Shown: piece by piece, positions 25,201 to 40,200 of the stretch | How the letters are laid out: every line of letters begins with the position of its first letter | Position numbering within the stretch: position 1 is the stretch's first letter | Assembly: GCA_002633005.1 (NCBI GenBank) | Contig: NMRA01000093.1 | Location: forward strand, 886,505 to 950,504 | DNA length: 64,000 nt | Source: Phoronis australis | Lineage: Eukaryota > Animalia > Phoronida | Reading direction: 5' to 3' | Notes under the pieces: model-generated | What the model saw: the letters and a program-made list of their open reading frames with translations, nothing else | Told to the model about the DNA's origin: nothing | Databases searched by the model: none | Made by a program: the position numbers and the translations under genes

Positions 25201-28200
25201 TTAACCTGATTAGTGATTCCCAGTTGGAAAAGTACTTGAGGGACACATGCTATGGACAATCAGATTTAACTGCATGAGAGACTATAAAGGTGTTTGTAGA
25301 AGCGACAGATCACTACCTCACGTGTAAATAGGCCGGCAGTAATGTCCATGTACACCAATCGGCCAATAAGTGTCGCGGGAGTAGAGAGCGCTGTGCGTGT
25401 CCCACCTTAATAAACGATCACAAGAAAACTAGTCCTATAGAAAACCTCCTTTCTTTGTATGAAACAAGCCCAGCAACACCTCAATCAATTGTAAAGCAGA
25501 GACACAACATTTTCCGACGACTACTGTTTTTACTAGGACTGACAGATAGGTGTGAGTATGTGTTTCCGTGTTTAAACCAAATAGTTCTGAGTCACTCACT
25601 TTCACCAACGCCACCGCCAACGCCACAAAGACCGCAGGCTTTGGGACAATTTTCCGCCATCTGCTTCTTGTATGACTTATGGGTACAATATTGACGAGAA
25701 GCCCAGAGGTCACAGTCTTTTTGTTTGTCCTCGCAATCTGCGTAACAAAAATGGTTGGTGGCGTCATTCAAAAATAAAGCAAACATGTGGTACAACAAAC
25801 CTTGCCTTTAACAGTTCTTGTAAAAATCCTTTGTGAACCTCAGTGATGTTACACACTTTTTGTTTGAAACGGAGAGGAACGTGGTGAAAATTGTTCCTGG
25901 CGTTAATTTCCAAATAAATTGAACGTATTGTAGACGTTATTACGTATATAATCTGTATCTAGAAATCTTGTATAAATGTGATTTTCAGTTTGGCATTGCT
26001 GAGATAAATATAAGTGTTGTAGAATTAAAATCTATACAACGTCAAACATAACTGAAATGACAATATTTTTGGAAAAAAGGTAACCTACATTTAAACGACA
26101 CAAACCATCATGTTACACTGCGTATTATGTTATGAGTTACAATATACATGTAATAAAATTTGAAAACCGTTCCAGAAATATAATTTAGGAAGACTCCAAG
26201 AATATTATCAGTTCTCAATTACAACTCTCCATTTAAGATACACCCTACTGGCAGGATTTTGCGCTGCGTTAGTGGCTTGTAGAGACGACGTCACCACAAG
26301 CACACCAATATGAAAGTTGGTCGTGGTCTCAACCTGTATTTACTGGTCAATCACAGATGGGGTTGTTGACCTGTCCCGTGTATATGAAAGATCACAAGGA
26401 AACTAATCTAATAATAAGCATTGACTGGCTCCATGAAAGTGTCCCAAATGACGCATAGACTTTGGTTTTTAATTTCAAAGCTAACCTTCTCTCCCAGAAA
26501 ATGAAAGGTTAAGCGACTGATATTACTTAAATTTGAAGGATATAGAATTTAATTACTCACCACAGTGCTTGCAGGCTTTGACGCAGGTCCACGCCAACTT
26601 CTTCGCGTATCGTGTGTCCGTACAGAAGCCATTATCAGTCCAGTACTGACAAAATCTATGTCTGTCCTTGCAACCTGCATAATGGAAATAGATTTTGTGA
26701 AAATAAGTCACCACAAAATTACAAACTGCACGTATAATAAATTACGCCGAGAGACAAGTATTATATAGTAGACTTTAAGGTGCTTGATGATTCTCAGACA
26801 ATTCTACGTGTAAGATACATGCTACATGTTGCAGGCTGCGATACACGTGTGACTATCAAAGACGTAGCAGCAACAGAAAATAGTAAGCAGAAAGGCAAGA
26901 GTGTCCATATACAGTGTACGTCTACTGTTTAACCAGTGTTACAGGGCTAGAGGGTGCTTTAACTGTACCGAATTTATTAGAGAACTAACTGTCGCAGAGC
27001 TGAAACAGTATGCAACTTGGTTGCGCCTACTCCTGAGGAATATAGAATTTAATTACTCACCGCAGAGGTTACATGATCTGGTGCAATGAAACGCCATCCA
27101 TTCCCCGTATTTTCTGCTTGTACAGTAGCCTCGACCAGCATAAATCCTACAGTTTTTATGCTTGTCCGTGCAATCTGCGTAATGGGGAGGAATTTAGTGA
27201 AAATTGTCCACGAGACCATTTTGCAAATGAACTTATTTTACATTCAATCGTACGTATATAAGTTCTAGTCAGACATCCTATTGGAGAAATCCAATTCGGC
27301 AGAACTGAGATAAAGTTTTGTGTTGTAAGTCAAAAATCGATAATTTGTTTTTAAATTATCCTTAATCATAATTAATATTGGTTTAGTATTATTGTAAAAA
27401 TGAAAACGTACCCTAGACAAACACAATGTTACACTGCGGAGTGAGCATAAATTCTGAGATTGATGGCACACTGACATAAATTCTATTATTGGGAAAAATA
27501 CTGTACTACAACATTCAGGCTCCATATCCAACTTCTATTTTAGTTCCTTTCTAGCCCCATGGAAACTCTGATTATTCTTTCTCTCCTGCTACCGTTTGGA
27601 CCAGCTTCGAGCAACAGTATATTCATTTGTATGTTTTTCTCAATTAAACAGTTTTATGTTTATTGGACTCCCTCCCGTTCGTCGTTAATCTTTCTAGACA
27701 AACGTTGCGTCAGGTATTTATTACTTTAAGCCACAGATGGATTTTCTAAAACCCGATTTCTTTCCATTCAATAGCCTTGAAACCCAAACGAATCCCAGTC
27801 GCCAACCCAAATGACCCTGGTTCCAAAGGAGCACTTCCAAATTACGCAACCCTATTTCATTCAATCAGTAACCCTTATCTTCCCATACAGAGATGTTAAT
27901 TTATATTGCTTCTTCTTTTTCCTATCATATTCAACTTGCTGAAATTCAGAGCAAAGACTACGAAATCACCAGGCAGAACCACCACTAAAAGTACCAGGAC
28001 AATCACAAGGTCAGCGATGTCAACTGATATCCTCGACGAGGCAGCTAGATTAATCCAAGCACCTATCTTCAGCTACACCCATCAAGTGTATGACCAAAGC
28101 TTCCAATCATTTAATTCGTTTCGACCACATCATAACCTGCCATTGTGCTGGCGTCCTCGAATTGACCATATGGTTCTGTGTATTTCGAACGTGTATCCCT

Positions 28201-31200
28201 GTGGTTTCGCCGGCCGTGCCGTCGATCCATACCTGGCAGAAGTGTACTTTAAAGGCAAGGCTGATAGTAACCCAGACGTTACCAATAACTTCAACTTGAC
28301 CAAGACAATGGAGGGCTTAAGACGTTGTGCGAAAACTGCTGACACACGGCTACCGATCACTCCTGAGATACTGTGCCGGTTGGTCTTCAACCTCCACTTA
28401 GTCTGCTCCTCCACATATGAAACACACCCATTCAAGACAGCGTACGTTTTGAATTTCTTTGTTTTTAGAATATCAGAGTTGTTTGGCCGAAACAATGGAG
28501 TTTCCAGGCTGACGAAGCCGCCTTCTTGACTTCTTTTTAACGGAGAACAGGGTCTCCGTTAAAAAGAAGTCATCCAAGACCGAAAAGCAAGGGAAAATAT
28601 CGACACTCCATATACATCCCTTAACCCTCCACCCACTTTCATGTATATGCCTGTTGGAAAACATTCTCAATTTTCGCAAAATCAGAGTACCTAGTGCCCA
28701 CCAGTTTCTCTGTCATTTTGGAGGAAAACCTCTCACTCGCTATCCGACCAGCGCTATCCTTCACCTTGCAAAAAAACTGGACGCAGATCATGGTAGATAC
28801 GGGTAACACTCATTCCGCATCAGTGCAGCCACAGCGGCAAGCACAGGTGGGTGGACACCAGAACGAAACAGACACGCAGGTAGACGGTCTACACACTTAC
28901 AGACATATAAAACCTATATTCGTTTTAAATCCTAAAACCTATTAGTTTATCATTTGGACTGGTTCTAAACAATAGTTTAATTTTTAAGGCCTTAAACTGA
29001 ATAGAGTTTTGGATCGTTGATCATCACATGGGGGTTTGTTCAGTTTCACTGTACAAAGCTTACAAATTGGGACACGTGTTCCTCCCATGTAGGCTCCTGT
29101 TTTTGGTGTTGTCCAAATCTATTCAATTTGGCATGTACTATGCATAATGGATTAACCGTCACTGACGAAAAAGAGCAGTCATTAATACAAAGTTTAATCA
29201 CAAAAAGAGGGTGGGTAAATTCATGGCTAACAAAATACTTTTTTTCTATTGAGACGGGTGAGCAAATCAGCGTTGTTCAGAAAAAAATCATTGAATTTTT
29301 CTCCACAACACTGTATGAGCACTTTATAAACGACAACTTTAAATAAGTAAAAACGATAAGTGTAGCTCATTTCGGGGGCTAAATTGATCCGAACTCATCA
29401 AAAGACAAAGTTCTAAAATTGGCAAAGGAAACATAAAATGGAATAATGGCTGACTGGATTTGAAAGTTCTGGGTAAACCATGTGGGAAGGTTACCCCAAT
29501 ATACACAAATTAGATGGAGATGTGATAAAATGATGGGCGCGTGATCCAGGTGCACAAGCAAAGATGTGAGTTCATCGACTGTCGTTGTGGCAACGAGAAG
29601 ACCAATACTGCCTGTGGACAGCTATACGAGTTCTAAAGCATAGGACAACGGTACATATTTTCGAAGAGAACCATCTCTCCTAGAGCTGACTGAGTCAGCA
29701 AATATGTACTACTAATTTTGAAAGAAATAGCAATCAAATCCATTAACCCACTTTTATCACCACCGCCATCACAGAGATAACAAGTTTTGGTACAATTCTC
29801 CGCCATGAACTCCTTGTATTCCTTATTTGTACAGTTACCTTTTGCCGCCAATTCCTCACAAAATATATAAAAGGGGATTCGTTGATGGTGCATTATCCCT
29901 AGCGGCACTTCATCAATAAACGGTGGCACTAAATCTTAAGTTCTTTCCAAACATAATAAATTCAGAATTTTACTTCAGGAATGTTGAGAGGAAGTTAAGT
30001 GTTTTGCTAAAAATCGAAAACTCGTTCTTATCTTCAAAAAATAACGATCAAGCAATAAGAAAACATGAAATCGCGAGTGAGATATGAACACAATATTAAA
30101 GTAAGACATTAGCACAAACAACGACTAATGAATGTACAAAATATGTTTGACCGTTCTCAATTGTGAATTTGCGTGCGAGGCAAACGTTAGAGACACTGGA
30201 TTCCATGAAACTTCTCAGAGCCCAGTTTGAGTAAAATTACTGATTGGACATTGCGTTGGATTCTTGAGCACAGAGACAATCGTGGTTAATGTTTAAGAGC
30301 ACTATCTATCCCACAGCAGACCCATTAAGCAAATGTGCACTATTGATTTTGAACGAGAAAGGTATCTATTCTAAGAAACCCACTTTCACCGCCGCCACCA
30401 TCACATAGGTTGCAGGTCTTTGTACAATTCTCAGCCATGAACTCCTTATGTTCCTCATCTGTACAGTAGCCTTTGGCAGCGAAATCTTTGCAGTCTGTGC
30501 TGCTGTCCGTACAATCTGCATTTAGAAAATGCATGACTTGAACGTGGTTCCTTACCACATTCCACTGATAAACAAAGCTACGCACTAAATCTTAAGTTCA
30601 AGGGCTCTTCAGACAATACTGACCTGCTCAGATTTTTAAGAGAACGATTTAACACAGTGCTGACCCATAAAGCGACTTTGTCTCACTAGATTTGAAGGAG
30701 AATTGGATCAATTCTAAGTACATATTCTCGAAGAGAACAGTCTTTCCTACAGTAAACTGAGTAAGTAAAATAGTACTACTAATTTTGAAAGAAATATGAA
30801 TTAATTCCAAGAAACACACTTTCATCACCACCGCCATCACAGAGGTTGCAGGTTTTGGTACAATTCTCCGCCATGTACTCCTTATGCTCCTCATTCGTAC
30901 AGTAGCCTTTTGCTGCTAAATCCTCACAGTCTGTGGCTTGGTCCGTGCAACCTGGAGAATGGAAAGGATTTGAATGAGAATAGTTCTTGACAGTGGTTCA
31001 CTAACAAATCGAATATATCGTTAATGTATCTTACTGTACGTATATACGCTTAGGTACATGAATATAATATTGATGATTTCATTGTGGGAATGTTAAGTGA
31101 AACTTGAGTTTTTAATATTTTACTGACAATTTGTCATTTATTAACCAACAAGCATTAGTGCTGAAGAATTACGATGTTTGTAAAATGGAAGTCTAACCAG

Positions 31201-34200
31201 GGTTTCACCCTGAGATTTCAGTGAAGACAATAATTTATAAATACACATACATCTTGGAACGTGTATAATGACAAAAGAGTTAAAAAGTAGATTATGGTAG
31301 ACTTACAAATGTTATATGCTTCTCAAATGAAAATTACAGTTTAGATACACGCTAATAGATACACGTTGGTTGATTTTTCGCAATCCCGTGGCATGGTGTT
31401 TGGTGCCCAATGTTTTTCACGTGAGACACGCGTTCCACTAGGGTGGGGTAATAAATGTTATGCTGCCCAATACAGCACATTTACCGTACTAATGCTTATA
31501 GGGTAAATCGGATCTGACGATAAAAAACGATTGTCATTTGCTGAGTTTGATAGTATAAAGGGCACATAATTTGATGACTGTCAAAAAATTTTTCGTCAAA
31601 ATGAATGACCAAAACATTGAGCTATTCCCACAAGCATTTGTCATCAAGATGTATGCGTGTAGTCTAAAAATTGCAGCTTCATGTATTCAAAGAAGATAAC
31701 TAGCCGATTTGGTAGGAAGAAGTGGAGATTCGTACTCATCAGCATGAAAAATATTTCTTTCGTGTGTTTTAATAACAAATGATCTAATGGCAGATTTGAA
31801 TTACAATATCTTCAAGAATCCTCTTAGCTTGCTCACTAAGTATGCCTAATTTAGATGTAAATATAATGTGGTTAAAAGGAGATCCAGCTGCAGAAGCAGA
31901 GGAAATGAGCTATTTGGGTGGCATTCTGGAAACTTGAAGACCGACAATGGCCGTCCTAAAACAGAAGAACAGCTGTTATTTTTCAAGGAGATCAATCAAT
32001 CCCAGAGTCGACAGATTATGCAACTATAAGACTACAATTTAAAGAAATACGAATCAATTATACTTCTGTTGCCACCACCGCCGCCGCCATCACATAGGTT
32101 GCAGGTTTTGGTTCTGCTGCCCAATGCAAAACGTTTACAGTACTGAAGCTTATATACTATATCGGAACTGACGATAAAAGCGGTTGTCAGTTCATGAAAT
32201 TGATAGTAAAGAGAGGAAATGATTTAATGATTACCGAGAACCTATATTTTTCGTCAAAATTAATGATCAAAAAATAATTTCAACATTAAGCTGTCCCGAC
32301 AAGCATTTGGTATCAAGCTGTATGCGTGTATTCCAAAAATTGCAGCTTCATGTATTCAAAGTAGAAAACTAGCCGATTTTGAAGGAAGAAGTGGAGATTC
32401 GTACTCACTGAGTAATGAAAAATAGCTATTTCATGCGTTGGTATATTACATAATCTATAAGCATATTAGAAAATGAATATCTTGAGTAATCCACGTAGGT
32501 GGTTCAGAAAAGGATAAACAATTTAGATGTAAATATAATGGGGATAATAGGAGGTCCTGCTGCAGAAGCATTGGAAATGAGCTACTCGGGTGGCATTCTG
32601 GAAACTGACAATGGCTGTCCTAAAACACAAGAACTGCTGTTATTTTTCAAAGAGACTAATCAATACTAGAGTCGGCAGATTATGCAACTTTAAGACTACA
32701 CTTTAAAGAAATAGGAATCAATTCCAAGTAACCCACTTTCGTTGCCACCACTGCCCCCGCCATCACATAGGTTGCAGGTTTTGGTGCAATTCTCCGCCAT
32801 GTACTCCTTATGCTCCTCAGTCGTACAGTAGCCTTTTGCTGCTAAATCCTCACAGTCTGTGGCTTTATCCGCGCAACCTGAACAATGAAAAGGAATTGAA
32901 TGAGAATTGTTCTTGACAATGGTTCAATAATAAATTGAATATATCCTGAAATTATCTTACTGTACGTACTTACGTTTCGATACAAGAATCCAATATTGGT
33001 GAATTCAGAGTGGGAATGCTAAGTGAATGTTGAGTTTTCACTATTTTAATGACACTTTGTCATTTATTAAACGCCAAGCATTAGTGCAGAAGCATTTAGA
33101 TGTTTGTAAAATGGAAGTCTAACCCAGATATCCCTCATTGATTTTGGTGAAGACAATAATTTATAAATACACATAAATCTTGTAGAGTTTAATCTGACGA
33201 TCGAGTTACAAGCGTAGATATTAGTAGTTTTGAAAATTCTACATGATTCTCAAGTGCAAATTTGCATTGAAGATACTCGCTATAGGCTAAACGTGGCTTG
33301 AATTTTCGCAATGCCTATATTTTTCGTAAAACTTAATGATCAAAACAATAATTTCAACACTGAGCTGTCCCGACAAGCATTTAGCATAAAGCTATATGCG
33401 TGAATTCTAAAAGTTGCAGCTTCATGTATTCAAAGAAGATAACTTGCCGATTTTAAGGAAGAATGCAGATTCGTACTCATCAGTAATGAAAATAGCTGTT
33501 TCATATGTTGGAATAATAAATGATCTAATGGCAGATCTTCAGTAATCCACTTAGCTTGCTCACCAAATAAGACCAAGTTAGATGGAAATATTATAGAGTT
33601 AATAGGAGATCCTGCTGCAGAAGCAGGGGAATTGAGCTAATCGGGTGGCATTCTAGAACCTTGAAGACTGACAATGTCTCTCCTAAAACACAAGAACTGC
33701 TATTATTTTTCAAAGAGACCAATTAATCCTAGAGTCGACAGATGATGCAACTATAAAACTACAATTTAAGGAAATAGGAATCAGTTCCAAGTAACTCACT
33801 TTCGTTGCCACCACCGCCGCCGCCATCGCATAGGTTGCAGGTTTTGGTACAATTCTCCGCCATGTACTCCTTATGCTCCTCATTCGTACAGTAGCCTTTT
33901 CCTGCTAAATCCTCACAGTCTGTGGCTTGGTCCGTGCAACCTGAATAATGGAAAGGAATTGAATGAGAATTGTTCTTGACAATGGTTCAATAACAAATCG
34001 AATATATCGTGAATGTATCTTACTGTGCGTATATACACTAGGTACATGAATCTAATATTGATGACTTCATTGTCTAAATGTTAAGTTAAACTTGAGTTTT
34101 TAATACTTTATTGACAATTTGTCATTTATTAACTACCAAGCAATAGTGCTGAAGAATTACGTAGGTAAAATGGAAGTCTAACCAGGGTTTCACCCTGAGA

Positions 34201-37200
34201 TTTCAGTGAAGAAAATAATTTCTAAATACACATACATCTTGGAATGTGTATAAGCAATAGAGTTAAAAAGTAGATAATGGTAGACTAGAAAATGTTATAT
34301 GCTTCTCAATTGAAAAATTATAGTTTGGATACACGCTAATAGATACACGTTAGATGATTATTCGCAATCCCGTGGCCTCGTGTTTGGTGCCCGATATTTT
34401 TCAAGTGAGACACGCGTTCCACTGGGGTGAGACAGTAAGAGTTCTGCTGCCCAATGCAGCACATTTACCGTACTGAAGGTTATAGGGTAAATCGGATCTA
34501 ACGATAAAAAACGGTTGTCATGTGCTGAGTTTGATAGTATAAAGGGCACATAATATGATGAATGCCAAAACCTTATCTTTTTCGTCAAAATGAATGATCA
34601 AAACAATAAGTACAACATTGAGCTATTACTACAAGCATTTGTCATCAAGCTGTATGCGTGTAGTCTAAAAATTGCAGCTTCATGTATTCAAAGAAGATAA
34701 CTAGCCGATTTGGAAGGACAAAGTGGAGATTCGTATTCATCAGTAATGAAAAATAGTTCTTTCATGTGTTTTAATAACAAATGATCTAATGGCAGATTAG
34801 AAATAGCATATCATCAAGAATCCACTTAGCTTGCTCGCCAAGTATGCCTTATTTAGATGTAAATGTATTGTGGTTAATAGAAGATCCTGCTGCAGAAGCA
34901 GAGGAAATGAGCTACTTGGGTGGCATTCTGGAAACTTGAAGAAAGAAAATGTCTCCTAAAACAGAAGAACTGCTGATATTTTTCAAAGAGACCAATAAAT
35001 CCTAGAGTCGACAGATTATGCAACTATAAGACTACACTTTAAAGAAATAGGAATGAATTTCAAGTAACCCACTTTCGTTGCCACCACCGCCGCCGCCATC
35101 ACATAGGTTGCAGGTTTTGGTGCAATTCTCCGCCATGTACTCCTTATGCTCCTCATTCGTACAGTAGCCTTTTTCTGCTAAATCCTCACAGTCTGTCGCT
35201 TGATCCGAGCAACCTGAACAATGGAAAGGAATTGAATGAGAATTGTTCTTGACAATGGTTCAATAATAAATCGAAAATATCCTTAAATTATCTTACTGTA
35301 GATACTTACGTTTCGATACAAGAATCCAATACTGTTGAATTCAGAGTGGGAATGCTAAGTGAATGTTGAGTTTTCACTATTTTATTGACAATTTGTCATT
35401 TGTTGAACACCAAGCATTAGTGCAGAAACATTAAGATGTTTGTAAAATGGAAGTCTAACCCAGATATCCCTCATTGATTTTGGTGAAGACAATAATTTAT
35501 AAATACACATAAATCCTGTAGAGTGTAATCTGACAATCGAGTTACAAGCGTAGATATTGGTAGTTTTGAAAATTCTACATGATTCTCAAGTGCAAATTTG
35601 CGTTGAAGATACTCGCTATAGGCTAAACGTGGCTTGAATTTTCGCAATGCCTATATTTTTCGTAAAACTTAATGATCAAAACAATAACTTCAACATTGAG
35701 CTGTCCCGACAAGCATTTGGCATCAAGCTGTATGCGTGAATTCTAAAAGTTGCAGCTTCATGTATTCAAAGAAGATAACTTGCCGATTTTAAGGAAGAAT
35801 GCAGATTCGTACTCATCAGTAATGAAAATAGCTGTTTCATATGTTGGAATAATAAATGATCTAATGGCAGATTAGAAATAGAATATCTTCAGTAATCCAC
35901 TTAGCTTGCTCACCAAATAAGACCAAGTTAGATGGAAATATTATAGAGTTAATAGGAGATCCTGCTGCAGAAGCAGGGGAATTGAGCTAATCGGGTGGCA
36001 TTCTAGAACCTTGAAGACTGACAATGTCTCTCCTAAAACACAAGAACTGCTATTATTTTTCAAAGAGACCAATTAATCCTAGAGTCGACAGATGATGCAA
36101 CTATAAAACTACAATTTAAGGAAATAGGAATCAGTTCCAAGTAACCCACTTTCGTTGCCACCTCCGCCGCCGCCATCGCATAGGTTGCAGGTTTTGGTGC
36201 AATTCTCCGCCATGTACTCCTTATGCTCCTCATTCGTACAGTAGCCTTTTCCTGCTAAATCCTCACAGTCTGTGGCTTGGTCCGTGCAACCTGAATAATG
36301 GAAAGGAATTGAATGAGAATTGTTCTTGACAATGGTTCAATAACAAATCGAATATATCGTGAATGTATCTTACTGTGCGTATGTACGCTTCGGTACATGA
36401 ATCTAATATTGATGATTTCATTGTCTAAATGTTAAGTTAAACTTGAGTTTTTAATACTTTATTGACAATTTGTCATTTATTAACTACCAAGCAATAGTGC
36501 TGAAGAATTACGTTTGTAAAATGAAAGTCTAACCTGGGTTTCACCCTGAGATTTCAGTGAAGAAAATAATTTCTAAATACACATACATCTTGGAATGTGT
36601 ATAAGCATTAGAGTTAAAAAGTAGATAATGGTAGACTAGAAAATGTTATATGCTTCTCAATTGAAAAATTATAGTTTGGATACACGCTAATAGATACACG
36701 TTAGATGATTATTCGCAATCCCGTGGCCTCGTGTTTGGTGCCCGATATTTTTCAAGTGAGACACGCGTTCCACTGGGGTGAGACAGTAAGAGTTCTGCTG
36801 CCCAATGCAGCACATTTACCGTACTGAAGGTTATAGGGTAAATCGGATCTAACGATAAAAAACGGTTGTCATGTGCTGAGTTTGATAGTATAAAGGGCAC
36901 ATAATATGATGAATGCCAAAACCTTATCTTTTTCGTCAAAATGAATGATCAAAACAATAAGTACAACATTGAGCTATTACTACAAGCATTTGTCATCAAG
37001 CTGTATGCGTGTAGTCTAAAAATTGCAGCTTCATGTATTCAAAGAAGATAACTAGCCGATTTGGAAGGACGAAGTGGAGATTCGTATTCATCAGTAATGA
37101 AAAATAGTTCTTTCATGTATTTTAATAACAAATGATCTAATGGCAGATTAGAAATAGAATATCTTCAAGAATCCACTTAGCTTGCTCACCAAGTATGCCT

Positions 37201-40200
37201 TATTTAGATGTAAATGTAATGTGGTTAATAGAAGATCCTGCTGCAGAAGCAGAGGAAATGAGCTACTTGGGTGGCATTCTGGAAACTTGAAGAAAGAAAA
37301 TGTCTCCTAAAACAGAAGAACTGCTGTTATTTTTCAAAGAGACCAATAAATCCTAGAGTCGACAGATTATGCAACTATAAGACTACACTTTAAAGAAATA
37401 GGAAAATTTCAAGTAACCCACTTTCGTTGCCACCACCGCTGCCGCCATCACATAGGTTGCAGGTTTTGGTGCAATTCTCCGCCATGTACTCCTTCTGCTC
37501 CTCATTCGTACAGTAGCCTTTTTCTGCTAAATCCTCACAGTCTATGGCTTGATCCGAGCAACCTGAACAATGGAAAGGAATTGAATGAGAATTGTTCTTG
37601 ACAATGGTTCAATAATAAATCGAAAATATCCTTAAATTATCTTACTGTAGATACTTACGTTTCGATACAAGAATCCAATATTGTTGAATTCAGAGTGGGA
37701 ATGCTAAGTGAATGTTGAGTTTTAACTATTTTATTGACAATTTGTCATTTGTTGAACACCAAGCATTAGTGCAGAAACATTAAGATGTTTGAAAAATGGA
37801 AGTCTAACCCGGATATCCCTCTGTGATTTTGGTGTAATTTATAAATACACATAAATCTTGGAGAGGGTAATATGAGAATCGAGTAACAAGCGTAGATATT
37901 GGTAGTTTTGAAAATGCTAGATGATTCTAAATTGCAAATTTGCATTTAAGATACGCGATATAGTCTAAACGTGGCATGAATGTTCGTAATCCCTATATTT
38001 TTCGTAAAAATTAACGATCAAAACAGTAATTTCAACATTGAGCTGTCCTGACAAGCATTTGGCATCAAGCTGTATGCATGTAGTCTAAAAATTGCTGCTT
38101 CCTGTATTCAAAGAAGATAACTTGCCAATTTGGAAGGAAGAATTGGAGATTCGTTCTCATCAGTAATGAAATATAGCTCTTTCATTTGTTGGAATAACAA
38201 ATGATCTAATGGCAGATTAGAGAATGTATATCTTGAGTAATCCACCTTGCTCATCAAGTATGCACAATTTTGATAGAAATATAATGAGGTTAATAGGAAA
38301 TCCTGAGCTAATTGGGTCGCTTTCTGAAAAGTTGAAGACCGACAATGACTGTCTTACAACACAAGAATGTTTGTGTTGTTATTCAAAGAGACCAATCTAT
38401 CCTTGGGTCAACAGATTAAGCGACATTCGGAGCCTACAACTACAATTGATAGAAATAGGAATCAATTCCAAGTAACCCACTTTCATTGCCACTACCGCCG
38501 CCACCATCACATAGGTTGCAGGTCTTGGTACAATTCTCCGCCATGTACTCCTTATGCTCCTCATGTGTACAGTAGCCTTTTGCTGCTAAATCCTCACAGT
38601 CTGCACTGCTGTCTGTGCAATCTGCGCAAATGAAATTGGCTAATAAGAAATTGTTCCTGGCGACATTGATCAATAAAGAGAAAGTATTGTGTACTAATTG
38701 TTAAATTGACAAGGTCTATCCAAAATTACTATATTGTGAATTTCATTTGCGGTATGCCTGGAAGGAGTTACGAGCGTTTTAGTAAAAATCGCAGTTTGTC
38801 AGACAATGCATTATTTTATTGATGAGATAGTCCGAGAACAATTCGTCATCAAGCTCTATGCGTGTAGTTCAGAAATGCCAGCTTCAGTTAATTATGGACG
38901 ATAATGACCCGACTTTGGCGGATCGAGAAGCGGTTCGTACTCATCAGTAAAAAAACTATCTAGTTTAGATGACGGAATAAAAACGATCTAATGGCGGCTA
39001 AGGACAAGAACTTTTGAGTAAAGCATGTAGGTTGTACGCAAATGAGGCGGAAATTTGATGAAATTAATGGGGGAACCTGCAGCAGTACCAGGGATTTGGG
39101 ATCACTACAGCCATCACACAGATCGCAGGTTTTGGTGCAATTCTCCGCCATGAACTTCTTGTGTAGTTCATTTGTACAGTAGCCTTTTGATGTCAAATTT
39201 TCAGTCTGTGCTGCTGTCCGTGCAATCTTCATAATAGAAAGTTATTAAATGAAAATTGTCGCTTACAACATTTCGTAAGCGAACATGTACTGTAATTATC
39301 GTTCGTACATAAGTTCGACACAAAAACCTTAATAATTTTGATTTCATTGTGGAATGTTGAGTGAAAATCGGGTTTTTACTGATAACACGTCCTTCATTAA
39401 ACACCAAAAAATTATTGCTCTAGCATTACGATATTTGTAAAGTGGAAGTCTAACCTGATTAACGCAACCTTACCCTGTACCTTTAGCGTAAACCATAACT
39501 TATAATTACACACAGAGCTTGCAAAGTGTAATCCGACAATCGAGTTGTATTTGCATAGCTAATTTTGAACGAAGTAACACACTTTCATCGCCGCCAACGC
39601 CGCCGCCATCACAGAGGTCGCAAGTTTTGGTACAGTTTTCCGCCATGTACTCCTTGTATTCCTCATTTGTACAGTATCCTTTTGCCGCTAATTCCTCACA
39701 ATCTGTACTGCTGTCCGTGCAATCTGTGTAAAAGAAATGGGTTGACTGACAGCTGTTTCTAACGACGGTTCACTAATACAGCGAACATATTGTAAAGTGA
39801 ATATTAAAGATCCACACTCGGCTATGCTTCGACAAAATATTTTTATCTCGAAAAAGCGCACTCCTCAGATGAATTGCAATAACGCACGGACGTGCTTGAT
39901 TTTTGCTGCCCTGCGAAGTTTCCATGGTAGTCATGTGCCTCTCTTTTCCCCAGGAATATAATCACTTCCTAAATTGATTTTGAATTTTAAATATTAGACA
40001 AAAGCCTATTTTAAAAAGAGACAAAATTTTACAATCGTTATACCCGTTAACTAAAACTTAAACATTCCGCGATTGAAAGGGCAAACGGGATTGGGACGTG
40101 CAGTGAACAGCTTTCTAAGAGCTGATTGTCAGCAATGCGAAAATATTTTATGTTAGGAGCACGACGCAATATTTATTTGTCTCTTGGTCACACAAAGTGC

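Larger units (their letters stand above)
30820..38621. repeat. Higher-order tandem duplication, ~2.35 kb unit with two exons and two intron types
   Basis: Exon spacings: 32737 to 35073 to 37422 (2336, 2349) and 33800 to 36150 to 38481 (2350, 2331). The identical spurious ORF at 34358 and 36709 is offset by 2351. Confidence 0.95.

Noticed and set aside
34358-36939. Identical 76-aa ORFs at 34358-34588 and 36709-36939
   Set aside because: They are intronic sequence copied by the 2.35 kb duplication; the paralogous intron at ~31370-31600 is disrupted.
30820-38621. CRISPR-like repeat/spacer appearance
   Set aside because: The repeats are spliceosomal exons and the spacers are kb-long homologous introns; eukaryotic context and no cas genes.
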